From assembly GCA_964510165.1 (NCBI GenBank), contig CAZEBC010000031.1:1-27414 (forward strand): DNA of 27,414 bases, read 5' to 3'. The notes under the pieces are model-generated. The model was not told where the DNA came from, made no database searches, and saw only the letters and a program-made list of their open reading frames with translations. The translations under genes and the position numbers were made by a program. How positions within the stretch are numbered: the first letter of the stretch is position 1; every line of letters starts with the position of its first letter. Origin of the DNA: an uncultured bacterium (GTDB lineage Bacteria; Abyssobacteria; SURF-5). Below are positions 22,848 to 27,414 of this stretch, piece by piece.

Positions 22848-24944
22848 ATGAAAAGGGTCTTGCTCGCCACGCCTGTCACTCCGTATCCTGTCCAGCCCTG
22901 GCATGATACGCCCACCGATATCATGCGCCAGCGTTTCTTCAAGGGACAGGGCATCTTCACCGTCGAATCTCACATGCACCTGATCGGACCGTTCCTTATC
23001 GCCCAGAACATCTCCGCTCCGTGCACCGTGCTGGACCATCCCACCATGGAAAACTGGATCAGCGAAATCAAGAAAGGCTACGACTATGTCGGCATCTCGT
23101 CACTCACGCCCAACATCGAGAGCGTGATGGAGATGTTCCGCGCGGTGCGGCAACACTCCCCGAAAAGCGAGACCGTGCTAGGCTGTTTCGCTGCGCAGAG
23201 CGTCGGGGCCTTCTATCCCGAGGAGGAATGGCGCAAGCTCATTGACCACGTCGTCATGGGCGACGGCGTCCGCTTTTTCCGGCAACTGCTCGGCGATGAC
23301 CTTAACGCTCCCATCCGGCAGCACTTCCAGCCCCGGTGCGGCATCGGCATGGTCCACTGGCTTGACCGCTGGCCGCCGGGTGACACGACCGCCCTCATCG
23401 CCGCCCTAGGCTGCGAGAACGGCTGCGACTTCTGCACCACCACCACTCATTTCGGCGGCAAACGCATTCAGATGGTCTCGCCCGAGCAGATCAAGGAAGA
23501 AATAAAGATGTGGCAGAAGCGCGCGCCTGGCACGAATTACATCATCTACGAGGAGGACCAGAACAAGGACTTCATTGACGAGGTCGGGCGGCTCCTGCGC
23601 GCCGATCCCGAAATTGATTTCTCGCAGTTCGCCATCACCATACTCATCAGCATTCGCATGCTCTCGCGCTACGACGACCTGGACCAGATGGCCCACAACA
23701 ACGTCGGCAGCATGTTCATCGGCCTCGAGTCGAAGTTCGCGCCAAGCGAAGGCTACGGCAAGCGCACCGGCGACGCGAAGCAGATATTGCATAGCCTGTA
23801 CGCGCGCGGCATCGGCACCATGATCGGATGGATGGCCGGCTTCGATTTTCACACGCGCGAGACGATCGAGGAGGATTTCCAGTACCTGCTCGAGTGCGAG
23901 CCCACCGCGGCCCAGCTCACGCGCGTCACCCCTTATCCCGGCACTCCGCTGTATAACCGCCTGAAGGAGGAGGGCCGCATCACGCCTTTCAAGTGGGAGG
24001 ACGTCAGCTTCTACGGCGGCGGCATGGTCCACAAAAACCTCTACGAGCATGAGATTATGGAGTTCATTCGCAAGGGCGACGAGAGGCTCTATCACACCTG
24101 GGGCCCGACGATGCTGCGCTTCCTCAAGCTGCATTTCAATGCCTACGAGCGGTTCAAGGACCGCGATGACAGACACTTCCGCCAGATCGCCGAGCGACAT
24201 CGCAACCTCGCATACCAGGCTTACGCGATGATTCCCACGCTCGACCGCTTCGCGCCCAACGGCAGAGTCCGCAAGATGGTCAAGGAGATCGAGCAGCGCT
24301 GGAAACACCACTTCGGCGAGCCGTCCTCGTTCATGAAGGTGCAGGCGAAATACACCGAGCTTAAGGCGGGTTGGGCAACGCTCAAGGAAATGTTCGATCC
24401 GGCCAACCGCCACATCCGCATCCCGCCCGCCAAGCGCTATTGCTATTTCGGAAAGGACATCAAGGACGACGGCAGCCTGCCCTACACAAAGGAATACCTG
24501 AACAAAGACCCGATCTACGAGCGCGACATGAAAGTCCAGGCGGCTGAGCAATCGGTGCTCGGCGTCGCGCACGCGGTCGCGCAAGTGCTCGAATATCCCG
24601 AATCGAACATGCACAGCGTCGCGCGCGAGATTCGCTCCGAAGCCTCCGCGCTCCTGAATTCATTGGCTGCCCGCCTCAGGCAACCTAATCTGGATGTGGA
24701 CGGTTTCCTGACCGACTTGAAGGACGGCGTCGTCACGCTGGCCGCAAGGGCCATCCAGGCTGGCGAGGACCCGCAAAACGAAATAGACTTCAGCGTGCAG
24801 AGCGCCAAGCAGAAGCTGGCCGAACTGCTCGAATACTACGCAAAGGAACTCCAGGGCGGCGACGGCCTTAAGAAACTGCTCACGCATCCCGGGTTGAGAA
24901 GCTTTGCCAAGGCTACGATAGAGGCCGTCAGCGCGAAGGTGTGA
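22848..24944 (+). CDS. Cobalamin-binding radical SAM protein with helical C-terminal extension
   Basis: N-terminal B12-binding-like domain (YDYVGIS..., VLG, VMGDG), GCENGCDFC (CxxxCxxC), FIGLES, TPYPGTPLY. ATG 22848 chosen (RBS AAGGGGGG); the ORF-track start at 22794 lies inside the operator. Confidence 0.88.
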   Translation: MKRVLLATPVTPYPVQPWHDTPTDIMRQRFFKGQGIFTVESHMHLIGPFLIAQNISAPCTVLDHPTMENWISEIKKGYDYVGISSLTPNIESVMEMFRAVRQHSPKSETVLGCFAAQSVGAFYPEEEWRKLIDHVVMGDGVRFFRQLLGDDLNAPIRQHFQPRCGIGMVHWLDRWPPGDTTALIAALGCENGCDFCTTTTHFGGKRIQMVSPEQIKEEIKMWQKRAPGTNYIIYEEDQNKDFIDEVGRLLRADPEIDFSQFAITILISIRMLSRYDDLDQMAHNNVGSMFIGLESKFAPSEGYGKRTGDAKQILHSLYARGIGTMIGWMAGFDFHTRETIEEDFQYLLECEPTAAQLTRVTPYPGTPLYNRLKEEGRITPFKWEDVSFYGGGMVHKNLYEHEIMEFIRKGDERLYHTWGPTMLRFLKLHFNAYERFKDRDDRHFRQIAERHRNLAYQAYAMIPTLDRFAPNGRVRKMVKEIEQRWKHHFGEPSSFMKVQAKYTELKAGWATLKEMFDPANRHIRIPPAKRYCYFGKDIKDDGSLPYTKEYLNKDPIYERDMKVQAAEQSVLGVAHAVAQVLEYPESNMHSVAREIRSEASALLNSLAARLRQPNLDVDGFLTDLKDGVVTLAARAIQAGEDPQNEIDFSVQSAKQKLAELLEYYAKELQGGDGLKKLLTHPGLRSFAKATIEAVSAKV

Positions 24945-24961
24945 ATCTTGGGCGTGTCTCT

Positions 24962-24977
24962 TGGCGCGTAAGCGCCG
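24962..24977. terminator. Small GNRA-loop hairpin between convergent genes
   Basis: GGCGC-GTAA-GCGCC in the 33-bp gap between the radical SAM and polX stop codons; no clear U-tract. Confidence 0.3.
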
Positions 24978-26687
24978 CTACTTTGAACGCTTTCGCCGCA
25001 GCTTTTCTGCTGGAAGCGTGTTGAGAACGTCGTCGGGTTCAAGCCAGCCGCGGCGCGCAACGGCCACGCCGAGGCGGACCATGTCCATGTGGCCGAGCTG
25101 GTGCGCGTCGGTCCCGATGGCGAGCTTTACGCCCAGTTGCTTGGCGCGCTTGCACCAGATGTCATCCAGGTCCAGCCGGTCATAATTCGCATTGATTTCG
25201 ATCGCGGTCCTTGTCCGGGCGGCGGCCTGGAGGATCATTTCAACATCAACCTCGTATGGCGAGCGCTGCCCAATGAGCCGGCCCGTCGGGTGGGCGATGC
25301 AGTCTACGAACGGGTCTTCCATCGCCGAGATGATGCGCTGCGTTATCTTCTCGCGGGGTTGCTTGAAGCCCGAGTGTATCGAGGCGACCACCCAGTCAAA
25401 CTTCTCAAGCAACTCGTCGGGATAGTCGAGCTTGCCGTCGGGCAGGATGTCGAGTTCCGTCCCGAGCAGAAGCTTGAGACCCTTCAGCCGCGCGTTGACT
25501 TTCTGCAACTCTTTCCGCTTCTCCTCCACCCGCTCCGGGGTGAGTCCGCGCGCGATTTTCAACGACTGCGAGTGGTCGGTGACCGCGATGTATTTATATC
25601 CCAACTCCTGTGCGCGTTCGGCAAGTTGCTCGAGCGTGGCGTTGCCGTCGCTGTATTTCGAGTGCACATGCATGTCCCCGCGCAACTGCTCAAGCGTCAC
25701 CAGGTCGGGCAGCGAGCCTTCCCTGGCGGCCTCGATCTCGCCGCGGTCCTCCCTGATTTCGGGCGGTATCCACTTAAGCCCGACCGCGTCATACACTTCC
25801 TCCTCCTCGCGACCGCAGACCTTCTGTTCGCCCCTGAACACGCCGTACTCGTTCACCTTGAGGCCGAGGCCCTTCGCGATGTCGCGCAGTTTCACGTTGT
25901 GGTCCTTGGAGCCGGTGAAATACTGCAGCGCCGCCCCGAAACAGTCGTCATCCACCACGCGCAGGTCAATCTGCTGGTTCCCCTCGACAAGCACGCTCGC
26001 CTTCGTCTTGCCCGCCGCGAGCACGCGCTTGACCTGCGGAAGCGATGTGAATTGCTCGATGGCTTTCTCGTGGTCTTTCGCCGAGGCCAGGATATCAATG
26101 TCTCCGATGGTCTCTCGCATCCGTCTGAGGCTCCCGGCCAATTCGGCCCGGCCGATTGACCGGAACTTCCGGACCGACGCGAGGATGTCCTCCGCTATCG
26201 GGAGAGCGACGCCGAGCGGAATCCGCTTGGAGGCCTCGCGCAGCATCTCGATTCCCTTGAGGATGTTCTCCGCCTTCTTCGGGCCCATGCCGGGCAGTTC
26301 CGCCAGGCGGCCTGACTGGATGGCCTCCTCCAGCCCGGCGAACGTTTCGACATTAAGTTTGGAATGAATGAGGGCGAGGCCTTTCGGGCCCATGCCCGGT
26401 ATCTGCAGCATCCCGATCAGTTCATCCGACAGGCCCTTCCGCGCTTCCTCATACCGCTTGATCTTGCCGGTCTTGAGATACTCCTTGATCTTCTCGGCGG
26501 TGGCCTTGCCGATGCCGGGCATCTCGGCGAGCCGGTCCTCGGCGGCGATGACGGCGACATCCTCGGCGGTGTCTCGGAGCGTGCGCGCGGCCTTGCGGTA
26601 AGAGGCGACCTTGAACACCATTTCGCCCTTGAATTCGAGAATGTCGGCGAGTCGGTCGAATATGTCCGCGATCTCAGAATTCTTCAT
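24978..26687 (-). CDS. polX: DNA polymerase X / PHP 3'-5' exonuclease
   Basis: HhH motifs (PGIGKA, PGMGPK), AGSLRR.RETIGDIDIL, QIDLRVV, YFTGSK.HN, NEYG. PHP motifs DMHVHS..SDG, TDHS, AHPTGR, TDAH. Confidence 0.96.
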   Translation of the reverse strand: MKNSEIADIFDRLADILEFKGEMVFKVASYRKAARTLRDTAEDVAVIAAEDRLAEMPGIGKATAEKIKEYLKTGKIKRYEEARKGLSDELIGMLQIPGMGPKGLALIHSKLNVETFAGLEEAIQSGRLAELPGMGPKKAENILKGIEMLREASKRIPLGVALPIAEDILASVRKFRSIGRAELAGSLRRMRETIGDIDILASAKDHEKAIEQFTSLPQVKRVLAAGKTKASVLVEGNQQIDLRVVDDDCFGAALQYFTGSKDHNVKLRDIAKGLGLKVNEYGVFRGEQKVCGREEEEVYDAVGLKWIPPEIREDRGEIEAAREGSLPDLVTLEQLRGDMHVHSKYSDGNATLEQLAERAQELGYKYIAVTDHSQSLKIARGLTPERVEEKRKELQKVNARLKGLKLLLGTELDILPDGKLDYPDELLEKFDWVVASIHSGFKQPREKITQRIISAMEDPFVDCIAHPTGRLIGQRSPYEVDVEMILQAAARTRTAIEINANYDRLDLDDIWCKRAKQLGVKLAIGTDAHQLGHMDMVRLGVAVARRGWLEPDDVLNTLPAEKLRRKRSK

Positions 26688-26693
26688 CCGCAA

Positions 26694-27173
26694 TCACCCT
26701 TTGGGCGACCACTGCTCTATGAGATAATCCGCCAGCGAATTCACGCAATGCTCAATAATATCGTAGGTCTCGATGAAGCGCTCGTATGACGCGCCGTACG
26801 GGTCGGCGATGTCGTGTCCGTGAAGGCGCGCCGGGCCGAACTCGGACAGCAACCGGTATTTGCCCCTCTCGTCTTTGAGTATGGCATCGGCCTGGCGTAC
26901 GTGCGCCCGCTCCATGCCGAGCACGAGGTCGGCCTCCTGCAGCATCTTCAAGGTGAGATGCCTCGCCCGATGACGGGACAGGGTCACGCCGCGCTCCGCC
27001 GCCACCTTGCAAGCAAGCGAGGCCGCCGGCTCGCCGCCCATGGCGATGGTCCCGGCGGATGATACGCGAACCGATTTTACATTTTTTTCCCGGAGCTTCT
27101 TCTTGAGGATTCCCTCGGCGATGGGAGAGCGGCACAGGTTTCCGGAGCAGACGAACAGGACATGTCTATTCAT
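26694..27173 (-). CDS. Low-molecular-weight protein tyrosine/arginine phosphatase
   Basis: VLFVCSGNLCRSPIAE (CX5R), SSAGT, DIADPYG. Confidence 0.93.
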   Translation of the reverse strand: MNRHVLFVCSGNLCRSPIAEGILKKKLREKNVKSVRVSSAGTIAMGGEPAASLACKVAAERGVTLSRHRARHLTLKMLQEADLVLGMERAHVRQADAILKDERGKYRLLSEFGPARLHGHDIADPYGASYERFIETYDIIEHCVNSLADYLIEQWSPKG

Positions 27174-27179
27174 GCATCA

Positions 27180-27208
27180 AATGTAGAGCAATGAGCGGGC
27201 AAAGTCAA
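27180..27208 (-). promoter_or_regulatory. Sigma70-type promoter abutting the phosphatase start codon
   Basis: - strand TTGACT (27208-27203), 17 bp, TACATT (27185-27180), 6 nt before ATG at 27173. Confidence 0.6.
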
Positions 27209-27352
27209 CAGGCGACGAACCGCAGATGCGTCGCTTGGGTCTGCGACCCGTTGGGAACCACAATGACGGGGGAAATTTCGCGAGGCGCGGGGGAAGGGGA
27301 AAGGGGAAGGGAGTCATCCATGAACGGGGGCATGAAAACCGCGAGAGACCCT

Positions 27353-27399
27353 GCAGGCAGGATGCCTGCGCTCCGGGAAATCCCCCTTTGCGAAGGGGG
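27353..27399. repeat. Two further short palindromic repeat-like units
   Basis: GCAGGCA-GGA-TGCCTGC-GCTCC (27353-27374) and CCCCCTT-TGCG-AAGGGGG (27382-27399). Single copies in this window. Confidence 0.5.
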
Positions 27400-27414
27400 G
27401 CGGAGACCGTCTTA

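Noticed and set aside
24978-26687. polX as part of a defence, NHEJ or mobile system
   Set aside because: Ordinary PolX-PHP architecture; no Ku, ligase, nuclease or integrase genes nearby in this window.

Overview
GC-rich bacterial chromosomal window with 19 protein-coding genes. I found no RNA genes, CRISPR array, transposase or phage genes. Left part: an acyl-CoA ligase (- strand, stop codon cut by the window edge), a GT-C/ArnT-like membrane glycosyltransferase converging on a Wzx-like flippase, a second acyl-CoA ligase, an AhpD/CMD protein and a membrane-anchored gamma-glutamyltransferase-family protein. Centre (9.7-20 kb, all + strand): DsbA-like protein, AAC(3)-family acetyltransferase, BadF-type amino-sugar kinase, FecR-domain protein, ceramidase-like amidohydrolase, UPF0309-type SIS protein, nagA, GNAT, PAP2 phosphatase and an orphan ferredoxin reductase. 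Right part: an MBOAT/SGNH O-acyltransferase pair divergent from a B12-binding radical SAM gene, then polX and a low-molecular-weight phosphatase. Best candidates for undescribed biology: (1) the amino-sugar cluster built around a NagS-like SIS gene next to nagA, with two acetyltransferases, a kinase and a ceramidase-like enzyme; (2) the radical SAM gene behind a perfect sigma70 promoter and an 18-bp FadR(YsiA)-like operator; (3) a palindromic dispersed repeat lying in frame inside the glycosyltransferase gene. Intergenic regions carry several families of REP-like palindromes. All functional calls come from motif recognition by eye; no searches were run.
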